Positions 13,901 to 25,900 of a stretch of 64,000 bases of DNA are shown one piece after another. Each line of letters begins with the position of its first letter. The first letter of the stretch is position 1. Source of the DNA: Botryllus schlosseri (Eukaryota); NCBI GenBank assembly GCA_051294905.1, contig CM119386.1, forward strand, positions 2,232,001 through 2,296,000, given 5' to 3'. Position numbers and translations under genes: made by a program. The notes below the pieces were generated by a model. The model was not told the DNA's origin. It did no database searches and saw only the letters and a program-made list of their open reading frames with translations.

Positions 13901-16900
13901 ATTAAATTCAGTATTCTAGCTATGATTCTCTGTACATAATGTGTAAATGTGATTAATAGTGTATAATGTATTTGTAGGTAGAGGCATACCATTATTTCTT
14001 TGATTGGTTAACATATCATCCTGGTTTAGCTATTTAAAGTAACAGCAGATCCTCTCTCATGAAAGGTATATTGCTGTATATGAGGGATCTGGCATTCCAT
14101 AGTTATCAGTTGTCTGTGTCATTAGTTTTAACGAATTCATATGCCTGTATCACACACAGCTCAGCAACCATTAACATGGTTTTGCTGAAGACCCAGTAAA
14201 CATGCATATTTCAGTCATATATTTTTGTAACATCAGTCTCTGTATTTCAAATCTGATGTGTATAGTCACCTGATGGTCACTTGCGAATTTAGTTTTGCGA
14301 ATTGCAAGCAAATTATGTGTTTTCAGAACTGGGCAAGAACTGCCAGAAAGATGCACAAGGTGCACCGACGATAAGCCATGTGAGGAATTGCGGAACGCGA
14401 TCTTGAACAAGACTTGCACAATTAAACCGGATAAATTTGAAAGAAGCTGCCATTTTGATCAAAACAATGACAAAAAAGTGAGTTCATGTTTTACAGTAGC
14501 CCATGAATCGTGCATATCAGGTGAATTTATGTATGCCTTATACTGTTATACACAACAATCTTCTGTCCAGTTCATCCTATATTAATGTAAACCCAGATCT
14601 TGCGTTGACTGTGATCATCAAGTTATAGATTTTGTTATGTGATCTGTGTACAGTAGTCGTCAGACTGGTAGCACATATTTCTAGTAAACTTTTTCAAATG
14701 TTTGATTATCGAGTATCAGTTGCTCATGTAAGATGTTTCAATAGGCCTACTTCATGTTGTGCTTAAAATTCTGTTTAGCATTAGTTAGTACTGTGGATTA
14801 TGTTTGTTTCCTTCCATATTTATAAAAGTGATGTGACTTCACTCAAAATTTTAAAGCATGATCTGATTGTTTTAAATTGAAGTTTCTACCACCGGTATGG
14901 AATTTATACCGAGATTTCACTGCAAATACTCTGTATGACGCTATGATATGTATTGGATGGCCCACAACTCTTTACCCTAAAAAGCTGTCTCATATATCTA
15001 AAAGGAAGGAAGAGTGGGTCACCATATGAGCTGTTACCACTTCCAAATCACGCTCTGGCAAACTTCAAGGTCCAAATGTTACAGTTGTTCACCATGGTTG
15101 AACAAAAATATGTTTGTATTCGGTTGCTGATGAATCTTGTATTTATGCTTTATAGCTAGTTAACAGCGATGTCGTATGTTCACGAAAAATAATTTTACAG
15201 TGTTCTGTTTGTACGACCCCCTCCTTTGTTGAATATGCGGAAAATTGCGGAAAATGTGTGAAATGGCGAACAGCATTCAACTGCAGTAAGTATTCAAAAT
15301 AGCCATCTGATCATGGTATCTGTATCTGTAAGGTCTTCAATTTCACAGCTTAGCAATATAATTTGAATGATTGATACACTATATTCACACACTATATCTC
15401 ACATTTTCACATTTTCCAAAGCTCCAAATGGTTAACCAATCCACATGTGCTGAATTAGCATGTGATCTTCCTAAATTTCGACACCTAATGAAATTTTACA
15501 ATGGATTTTGTATTACCCGAATTTTAAGATTTCGAACTCAATTCGAGGGAGTGAGTTATTCAACATAAAGTAATTGGGAAATTGCCTTATTCTCGCTAGA
15601 AATCTGTCTAAAACAAGATTATCGCATTGAGAACATATTTTGTCATTTCAAGTACGAAAAGGATTGAATGAAAAGTTCACAAATTTAACGAAAATTGGAT
15701 GAGAGAGAGAGAGAGAAAGCTTGTATAAAGCTTGAATACTTTAATTTAAGAAATATTAATCACCAATTTTCTTCTACCAGTTTTTTTTTTTTTTGTAACT
15801 TCACATTAATGAGTAGGTACATTTAAATAATGCTCTCCTCTAGATTGTTAAAACTAGAATTAAAATTCATTAGTTTTACTACATGAAACCTTGGAACATA
15901 GCTGTTCCACCGATCTCAAGGGTAAATAATAGTTGAATCGTTGATAATTTCCAGCATGTGAATGACTTGTGCCAAGAGTTCCTGTTTCAAATAGAATGTT
16001 TTTTGTGAGACCTGACCTATCTCCTGATGTATAGGTGACGTGACGTAGTTTCATGAATTTTGCAGCTCCCACATGTGCAAAGGGTCAGATTTTCAAGGAA
16101 TGTGTCACCGAATGCGATGTGGCGAGAACATGCGCAAATAGAAATACTCTCGGAGAATGTGCAGACTTAGATGCAAACGGATGTAGCTGTCCCAGTGGAA
16201 TGATTTTCCTCGATGAAAATAAAGAAAAATGCGTGGAAGAGAGATGTGAGTTTGAAAATAGGTATTAATATATTTCAGGTATTTTGCAGAAGAAGATATT
16301 TACGCACCCTGGAAACACACCATGGATCGTTTTATGTGACCCTCTTGACTTTTGCATATTATATTAGTACCAATTGGTGGGAGTCATACAAAATTTAGAA
16401 ACGAAATTTCGATAAATTTTTGACCGAATTCAATCTAGTGAACAGATTGGATTTGAGTTCAATCGGTTACAGAACCAGAATCTAGAATTTGCCATATGAT
16501 GGTGATATAATCCTAATCGCCAAAAGTCCAACTCAATATAATAAAAATAAATATACCACCAAAATCTGGTTTTAAGTTTCTTTTGGCAGATTATTTCATA
16601 TTATTTGTAAGGTTGCGACTGCCCCACACCAAAGTGTGAGGAATACCAAGAAGCCGTGCCAAAACCAGGTCAAACCTCGGAAGACTGCTGCGCTGAGAAA
16701 ATCTGTCAATGTAAAGAAGACAATGTAACTTGCGCCTCACCCAAAGTACCAAGTCTGACAGATAAGGGCACTCCTGGATGTAACCACACTATCTGCATAT
16801 GTCCTACTGTTCCGGTATGTCCTACTGTGGACACGGATATCAATTGCGCATCTCCAGGGTGTGGGGTCACAGGTATAAGATTGGATTGATGTGATAAACC

Positions 16901-19900
16901 GAATGTCTGTATCACTATTATAAGTAGCCTATATATTTAGCATATTATTTAAACCACCGAGAAACTTATTCAAAATGGGACATCTATGTAATTAAAATGC
17001 GGTATTATGTCTGAAGGCTCACATAATTACTACATAGCATTGCGATATATGTTATATTTTTTGTAGGATACTACATGTTCATGACCGGTTTCAGTTTAAG
17101 GACCGATCTTGCAAATACTGACATGACAGAATACTGAAAGTATCATTGTGTTATGGATTCTGAATGGAGGCTAACGATGGCCACTGTATAAAGTCATTGA
17201 AATTTAATGATTTATTATTTGTTAATACACATTTAGCATACTCCTTCTGATATGTTGCATGCCAAATGCTTCTTGAAAAAACAAAACTAATACTATTTCT
17301 GGTGTTGTTAGAGAAAATCGGCGATTGCGGATGCACAGCGGAAGCAGTTTGTAGATGCAATGAGGCGTTGTGCCCCACTCTGCCAACATGCGACAGATGC
17401 CACAAGCTGGAAACGTCATATCCCACCAAAAATGACAGTCAACCCTGTGGCGGGAATTGTTGTCCAGTCGGCCGTTGTGTCCCCAAAACATGCCCACCGG
17501 ATACGGCAACGCCAAAAAATTATACTGCGGAATGCCCGTTTTTAGAGGTAATTTGATTTTGATGCATGCGTCCCATTGCAAATATGTTTTTCCCAGGGAT
17601 ATACAGATATCCCTGGTTTTTCCAATCCATTATCCTACCTTTTGATACAACATTAATTTATCTCCTGGCCACTTTACAATTCATGTGTCATATTGTAGGC
17701 TCCTCCAATGAAATAACATTTAGTTATGAACATTTAAGTTATCAAACATACTATTCTGCTTTCATGAATACCGAGAACTATTCAATATTACAATAACCTG
17801 CATGTAACATGCACCTATTTCATAGGCTCGCACAATTTTGCCTTGAAGTGACCTGCAATGATATAATTTACGAGACACAAGGTTCTAGTAGTTGTGCAGT
17901 CTACCTGAATTCTTTAAAAATGATTGAAATTTACTGATGCTATGTGTAAGAGGCAGACAGCCCAAGGTTATGTGAGAAGAGAGGGAGATTGTGGTTTTGA
18001 CTCTGACCTATTCCAGATATGCTAACTCTTTTCCGCATTTCTCCAAAGCAGCATTATATATTCTTTCTCAGGATAAAGGAGAATCTTATGACAAGGATGA
18101 CACAGAAAAGTGTTGTCCAAAACAATACAGTCCGGTTTGCGTCAAAAATAAATGTGACGTGTTCAATACTCCGTCCGAGTGTGAGCCAGGATACGAGATC
18201 CAACAAGTAAAGGTCAACGAAACGTCAAACACCAAAGTATCACTATATCGAAACTGCCCAATGGTTGACGAATGCTGCAAATACAAGGAGTGTGTGTGTA
18301 TATCATGTACGGATGGGTCAGGAAGACTTCTCTTAGGAGAGGAACGTTTGGATGAAAATGGGTGAGAGATCAAAGAATGCTGTTATCGGATAGGAAATAT
18401 TTGGTTCCTGTGTGTAAATAATAAATTTTTGTCCTTCTCTGTTTTTCATTTGAGATTCCACATCTGTTTTTAAGATTCCATAAATCAGATTATTCAATTG
18501 GTAATGCCTATTGAATCAGGCAGAAATACCTGATCAGCACAATACCGCAAAAACATTGCGTTATACGAGACTCAAAAGTTGGAAACTTCAAGCGATCCCC
18601 AATATCATTGATCAGCGCAGCAATGTGTTGTATCACGACTATTCTTAACAAATATCAGCCTGTATACCATGCAATTCTAATATCAAATTTCTCATCGCTT
18701 CAACAGTTGCAAGAGGATCAGTTGTCAGGCTGGTGTCCGAGGGGAGGATGGATGCTACCAAGTAACGGAACGTAAGCCAACATGTCCAGATCCTCCCATA
18801 TGCGACTGTAACCAAAGACTGAAAAAGACGCTGCCCACTGGCGGCGCCACTGACGTCAGCCAATGGTTATCACTGTGCTGCCCACGATACACGTACGTTT
18901 CTCCTCCATTGAATGCTCTCGGTTCACTTCAATTTTCTCGGCTTCAACACTTGCAGGTGTGAAGATTTGCCCTGTCCGGACGGATATCCTTCTGGTCCAA
19001 GCGCGTGCACTGCCCCATCCAAAAGAACTGTTGAATATTTGGTCAGTGGTTGTAACTTTGCCGCCTTGATTTCCGTGCCGATTATTTGCTCGATTTTAGG
19101 ACATTGATGGATGCGTCTATCCGAAGTGCGCAAAGGCCACTTGTAAGTGTGACCTGTGCATCGACGAGGACAATGTCACCCACGCCATCGGCACAGTATT
19201 TCCGGGAAGTGATAAATGTGACGAGTACACCTGTGTCAGAGGTAAGATGGCTTGATACATTCACAAACCAGACTTTTGATTGTAGTACTGTATTATGAAC
19301 GTTTGACCTCAATTGAAGGTCATGCATCTCAGCTCTTTTATGCAACCTAGTTTCTTGAAACCGGATTGCTGATCTAATCTATACGTTATTCACGCAATTT
19401 AAGATCTGGGTGTGTAAAATAATTTATGATGAAAATGAGAGGCCATTGGCACCGAATTTTGTGTGGATATGCAAAATCATGTGACGTCACAATCCCTCCT
19501 TATTAATGATGTCATAGAAACACTAGAATGCACTTTACTGCATGCCTCTGGTGTGCATACAGTGTTAAAACACACATGTGACGTTTTAATACCAGCCCTG
19601 CACTCAAGCCATAGAGTTAGTGTAGGAATTCCTGTATTCAATATTCTGCCAAATCACAAATAACGTTCCGTTTATGCCGGCTTGGTCCGATAATACCTAG
19701 ACCAAGCAACATTTTCCATGATTTCTTTCAGCGGAGGGTGCCGAGTGTCCACATTTGAAAATCACTCGCCAGGAATGCAGCCCAATATTGTGCCAAACTG
19801 ATTTTGAGGAATTGAAATCAGAGAAAGACCCGACCAAGTGTTGCCCGGATCAGGAATGTATCTGCAAGGTGATGCAAAATTTAGAGCTGCTGTTTTTTCG

Positions 19901-22900
19901 CTTGGGATATCGCACTTTGTATTGCGAACATTTCCACTAAAAGCTTTCCGACTGACTCTTATCAGTACATGTACCATTGTACAGGCAATACAATCAATCA
20001 AAATAAAAATACAGGAAATATTTTGTATAAGTTTATATGTATATGTTCTGTACCTCAAATGCATGGGATAAATTTCCATAAATATAAATTCAAATGCAAT
20101 CGAGTCGCGGTCACAAAATATGTACTTCTAGGCAGTATAGTACCTGAATCTAACAGAGAACGGTTTGCAAATTGCACTTTTCCAGCAGTTTTAACCATTC
20201 TAGAAATTGTTGCTTTTTGTGATGAGAGAATATTTGGTACACATTGCTTTCATATTGACTTTTCCCCTTCTGCTACAGATGGTGTGGCCGTGTGGTTAAA
20301 ATTGCTACTTCGACTAGTAATTGAGTATATATGTGTGATATTAATCGTATATATAATTGATGATTATTACAGATACTGTGACCCATTACGATATGTGGTC
20401 ATTTATGGATTACACCTGAATATTTAGGGACATTTTCGAAAATTCTTAACCAAAATCCTTCTGTCACACATTGTAACTAATCTTTCTCAGCCTGAGAACA
20501 TGCTCAAGGAAGTTTGCGATGACTATAAAAATGACACATCTACGTGCGACGACCCATCAAATATGATGCTGGAGGATACCGGGAAATATTTCAAGAATAA
20601 ATGTTGTCCCGAGAAGCAATGCGTTTGCAAGCCTGAAAGTCAGCTGGTGTGCGAAACCAAGTATGTATCTCAGTTTATTGCTAGATTGAGCCAAGGTCGT
20701 GGAAATACAAATTTTGGTAGTTCACTTCTTTCTGCTGGCAAAAAATGGGATTATATCGTTTGTTATTCATCTTGTCCCGCACTCACATCGTAAGCAATAA
20801 AAACAAATAAATTCGCATCACCTGTTATAGGAAATATTTTGCTTACGTATATGTTGAATGTTACTGTCCCTCAGATAGACCTATTTAAACCAGTATTGGG
20901 AGATTTTTATGAGTCATATTTATCATATCCATTATTCATATGCAGAAGTAAGTTTATATTCATATATATGTAACTCTCCTTGCATATATATTGAATTATC
21001 TAGATTGGTGTTGGTGTTTCATTTGAAACAATATTACTAATTTAAACAAGTTAAACTGCTCGGAATGTTTTAATTCGAATGTGCCAGCACATATGTTGCA
21101 GGTTTGACGCCTTCTTCCAAAATAAGAACAAGGCTAAAAAGCAAACTGTCGTAAACAATTGAGAAACACTGTGATCAAGTGATGTAATGATGTAAATTTA
21201 AATATGTCATCTCATTGGAAAGCAGGATATTACACGAACACCTTTCTGCATTAGGTATTAAAATCACTCTTCGGGATAGATACGGAATGTACCCAGAGCA
21301 AGTTCTCTACGTTTTTATTGACCATTGACTTTTTTTCCAGAACTTGTGACGAAAATTATGATTTGGTAAAGACAAGTAACACCAGTAGGACAAAGTGTTG
21401 TGCCGATTATGAGTGTGTGTGCAACTGTGCCAAAAAGACATGCAAGTACGAGACCTGGGTGGTCAAAAAGTAAGAACAATATAACATACCTGTAATGTTG
21501 CATTGAGGAGTTTCTATTCAGCCAAATTTATGGCTGTGTGATCGGTAATATTATTGAGAGCCTATGACTTCGCTTTCATTTTAAGCATGTATAAAGTTAT
21601 CAAAGTATAGGCTAATTCATTCTCTATCCAATAAGAAAATTTGAGCTTCGACCTACATTGGGCATATCTCTGTCATACTATCAGCGCACTTAGTTGAATT
21701 CACTCTTCTGCTAATGCCATGGCTCTTACAGGAAAATGCGTAAGTATAATTGTGTTTGTCAACTGTTTTGGCAACAACAATAACTCTCAAAATATCGAAT
21801 TTTTTCATAATTAGCTTGGTAAATATTTTATTCCTGTATCCAGTATTCAAAATATAATTTTTAGGAACATAAGATAAGATAAATTATAAGACAGGACGCT
21901 AGCTTAACAATGTATACTCCAAAACATGAAGGGCAGTGGTAGACCCTGGAAATCCGGTGTAGCAGTATTATGTTAACAGCAGCGTATATTACTTCATAAG
22001 CTATTGATATTACCAGCCACTACTAGCATCCATTCTTCGATATTATGAAAGTATCTAAATTTCTTTTTGTGGGACTTTGAATATACTAAAATTTATCATT
22101 ATACATTAGTATTAATTGCCAATTTACTCGTATTCATGCAATTATTTGTCAGTAATCAAGAGGGGTGTACCTGCGAATGCGAATGTGACAAAAACCTATG
22201 CGATACCCGAGAGCCTACGTGTCGACCTGGAGAGCACGTCGTACAGACAGGAAATAAAGATGACGGGTGTTGTCCAGTCTTTGAATGCGTGTGCAACACG
22301 ACCACTTGCCCTGCTATACCGACGGCAAACTGCAATGAATATCAAGTCGAGGTGATTTAAATATTTATCATATGAGATTTGGAAAAGCCATCACAGCCTC
22401 ATGTAGTCCCATTTATTGTGATCATTACAAGACGGTAAACATGCTATGGATTTTGGAATATCACAGACAAATTATGCTGCTTTAAATATACTGAATATGC
22501 TCTTAATCAAGTTCACCCAGAGGGCGTCAAAGTTATCAGCTTTGTCGCTCAATTAGTAGCAGAAGTAATTCTGTAAATATATATTATTTACCAGTAGAGG
22601 TAGAGATTTCAAAGAAAGAAGGATATGTAGGTCTGTGAAGTACGCAAGCAGTTATAAAAAGGATTTTGGCAGATGGACCACATATTTTTAGCAGGTATTC
22701 AGAATTGGTGACCTTGGAAATTGCGAGCTGCACCTTCGTGAATAACTTCAAACAGCCAATGATACTGCAAATAGATGCAATTTTCAAAAAATATATTCAG
22801 TCACTATGATCCCAAGGCTCTTTCGCTCATAGTTGTCACGACAATTCAACTGACGCAATCACGCAAACATATCTCAAAACTACTTTCCACTTTACAAAAG

Positions 22901-25900
22901 GTTTAAAATTAAGTAGCTTTGTTTTAAAACTGGCGAGTAGAATTAGTCTGAAAGCATATCCCCTTGAATAAGTAGTACAAGAGCTAAAATCAACTGGTGT
23001 GCTTGGAAAAATTGAAGGTACTTGGGTACTGACCACCTCTTATTTCATCCAACTTCTTTTCTCAGTACCCATGGAAGGAATCAAGTGAGGATTGCTGCGC
23101 GGCTAAGAACAAGTGCAAATGCAATCCGAACTCGGAAGAATTGGCTCGATTGTGTAACACGACGCAGGGCACGATGCCCAGTAACTGCAGCCAAGGGTGG
23201 GAGCCGTACGTCGCGAGCGTCATGGCTTCTGAAGACGACACAATGTGCTGCGACATTCAGTGCAAGTGCGTCAGCTGTGAAATGGGGAATGGGACAACTG
23301 TGGAGGTGAGATGCTGTTTTCAGCAGTACTATTAGGAAACAAAACAAAATGTGATGAAATCTCCGTTCAACTTGATATGTTCAGTGTTCTTGGCTAATGT
23401 TAGGGTGCCGATTAGTGCCATTAGTTTGTCGCTATCATCGACCATTAACCCTTGTATAGACATATAGTTGAACATGACAGATGACTTCAAGGAGGACGAA
23501 TCTTGGATATTTTGATTATTTACATTTGATTCCCAGTTGCTATATATTACATTACAAAAACACCCATGAAATTAGATACATTTCACTAGTAAGTGGGGAA
23601 AACAAGGAGGTGACGAATTAAAAGTATCGATGAGATGAAAAATAATAAGATTTTCGAACATGGCACCCCATATAACACAAAACGGCATAAAATAAATGAG
23701 TTATAGAAAAATGCTGTTACACAGTGTTGGAAGAAATATCGGTATCGACCATTAAAGGTAAAAATGCGTGATATGCGTGACTTCACAAGTGTCAGAGATT
23801 CTTAATCGAAAACTGACAGGAATGGGACTTTATATATTTTGTCCGTGATGTTTTTGTGGCATATGCACCGACTCATGAAAGACATACACACGATCTGCAC
23901 TTATGCCCAGAAGCTCACAAACACTGGATATAAAACTGGGAGTGGTCTGAAAAATTGCCACTTCAGTTAGTCATACCAGTTGAGGAAAGATAGAGTAGTA
24001 CAGTTTTTGAAGCCGAGAATCTTAGAATTCAGATTTTTACAAGTGGAAAGTACTTCTTGGAAGTACAGAACTTCAATATAAAATTGAATAGCATATTCAT
24101 ATTGAAATGAACCTGAATATTTCCAGCTGACTCTCTTCACGGTTAATCGTCAGCAACTAGTTGAGAATTGGAAAGAACATTGTATATCAGCAATCATATC
24201 TCGAAATATGACGTCACCAGCATGAAATGAGATCTCGAATAAGAGAGCGTTCATGTGGAAAGTAGTATATGGATAGATTTGCATTTTTTATCATCTTACA
24301 ATTTTCAAACATGATCTACAACCATTCAATATCCTAATGAATTGATCATTTCATTGAATTTCTGAGATTTCTGTGACTTTCTGTAACTCCTTGAGTTGTT
24401 TTGACATGATTTGTATACCGTCTCTTCTACTTGCAATGGAATAGAAATTAGTGACAGTACATTTAATTAGGTATCAACAGTTACCACTTCGACCAGCACT
24501 ACTTGGCATCTCATGTAATTGAATTCCGGGACTCATGCCAGCATTTGTAATTTGTCTTGATTCAATATTTACAAAACTACCTAAATCGTTTCAGATTGGT
24601 GCCGCGTGGCAGGAGACGGTCGGTTGCAAGGTTATAAGCTACAGGTGTTCCGAAAAAGTATTGACAAACGGATGCCACGAGTTAGTCACTCAAGAACGGG
24701 ATGTACCGTGCGAGTATACATCACTGGGAGATTATGAGGACAAAAATTGTGCAGCAAACACATACGCGGTACAGGCTACGCCACAGGCAGGCTGCTGTCC
24801 GGAGTTCAAATGCGGTGAGACTGGTAGTGTTGGGTTGTGAAAAAATATTGGCTAGTAGCAAGGGCAAGCCCACTATTGATCATGTAGAATTATATGACGC
24901 ATCTTTGACTACAAATTCACTACTTTAAAACATTTCACAGTATTTTTTTTGTCATTTCAAACGCAGGGAAATACAAAAGTTGAGAGTTCGTTCTGGGAGT
25001 TTTTCTGCATCTCATTCATGATATTATTCAGGCAGTCAATTTGAACGGATTCGTGATTATAATTCGAAATACTCGGATGTAAGAAGACTTATTATGGTCT
25101 CGTTGTATGAATTTTGGTTGTTTTCTGGTGGAATATTTCATTTCAAAACCACTGCTTGTAATAAAGAAAGAGATTTATTTCGTCAACCCATGACGCCATA
25201 AAATAGAACACTTATAAATATCCAGTATTTGACAATGGTAATATTGGTAAGTAAAATAGAAGTGGAGGTATAATTATTGATTTGTAATGCTGTTCATATG
25301 AAAAACTATTCAAAAGTATGTTCAGGAGCATGTTAATTAATTGGATTTATATTCTCCTCAAACCTGGCACTTGCCAATGGTCAATGTAACTTTGAAAATC
25401 ACAGCCTTAGCTTCCTTAAATTCCTAGCTCTTTCAATTATCCTGATACTTGACGTACTAACCACACTAAACCACGTATTAATCGATTTCTTCCAGTTAAT
25501 TGTCCGACCAAGGACTGGTCTTGCAACTCTTATGCCGAGACCAGAATCGCCAACGCCTCAAATCCTCGTTGTCCCGGAGAATGCATATGTGCCAACCCGC
25601 TCGGGAAAGAGCAAAACGACTGGTGCTTGAAGGAAGCCGTGTGTGGCGGAAACGAAGTGTCCAGTCCGTTGGCAGCCTTGGAATCCGGCACTGTTCACGC
25701 GGACAAATGCTGTCCGCAGTACAAATGTGTCTGCGCGGAATGCCCGTCTTCAGTCGTGTCATTAGATGCTTTAACTCCGAACACAGACAATTGTGAGGTT
25801 GCAGTTGTCAGTCCTTCGGATGCGGATAAAAAATGTTGCCAGAATCACGAAATTCAGTGTGATGTGTCTTGCACTTGCCCAACGATAGATCTGAACTGCC

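Noticed and set aside
18707-18760. Integrin-binding RGD as in the vWF C4 domain
   Set aside because: The sequence is RGED, and the paralogues (KRDD, KTED, KDAD) contain no RGD. I saw no RGD in the traced protein.
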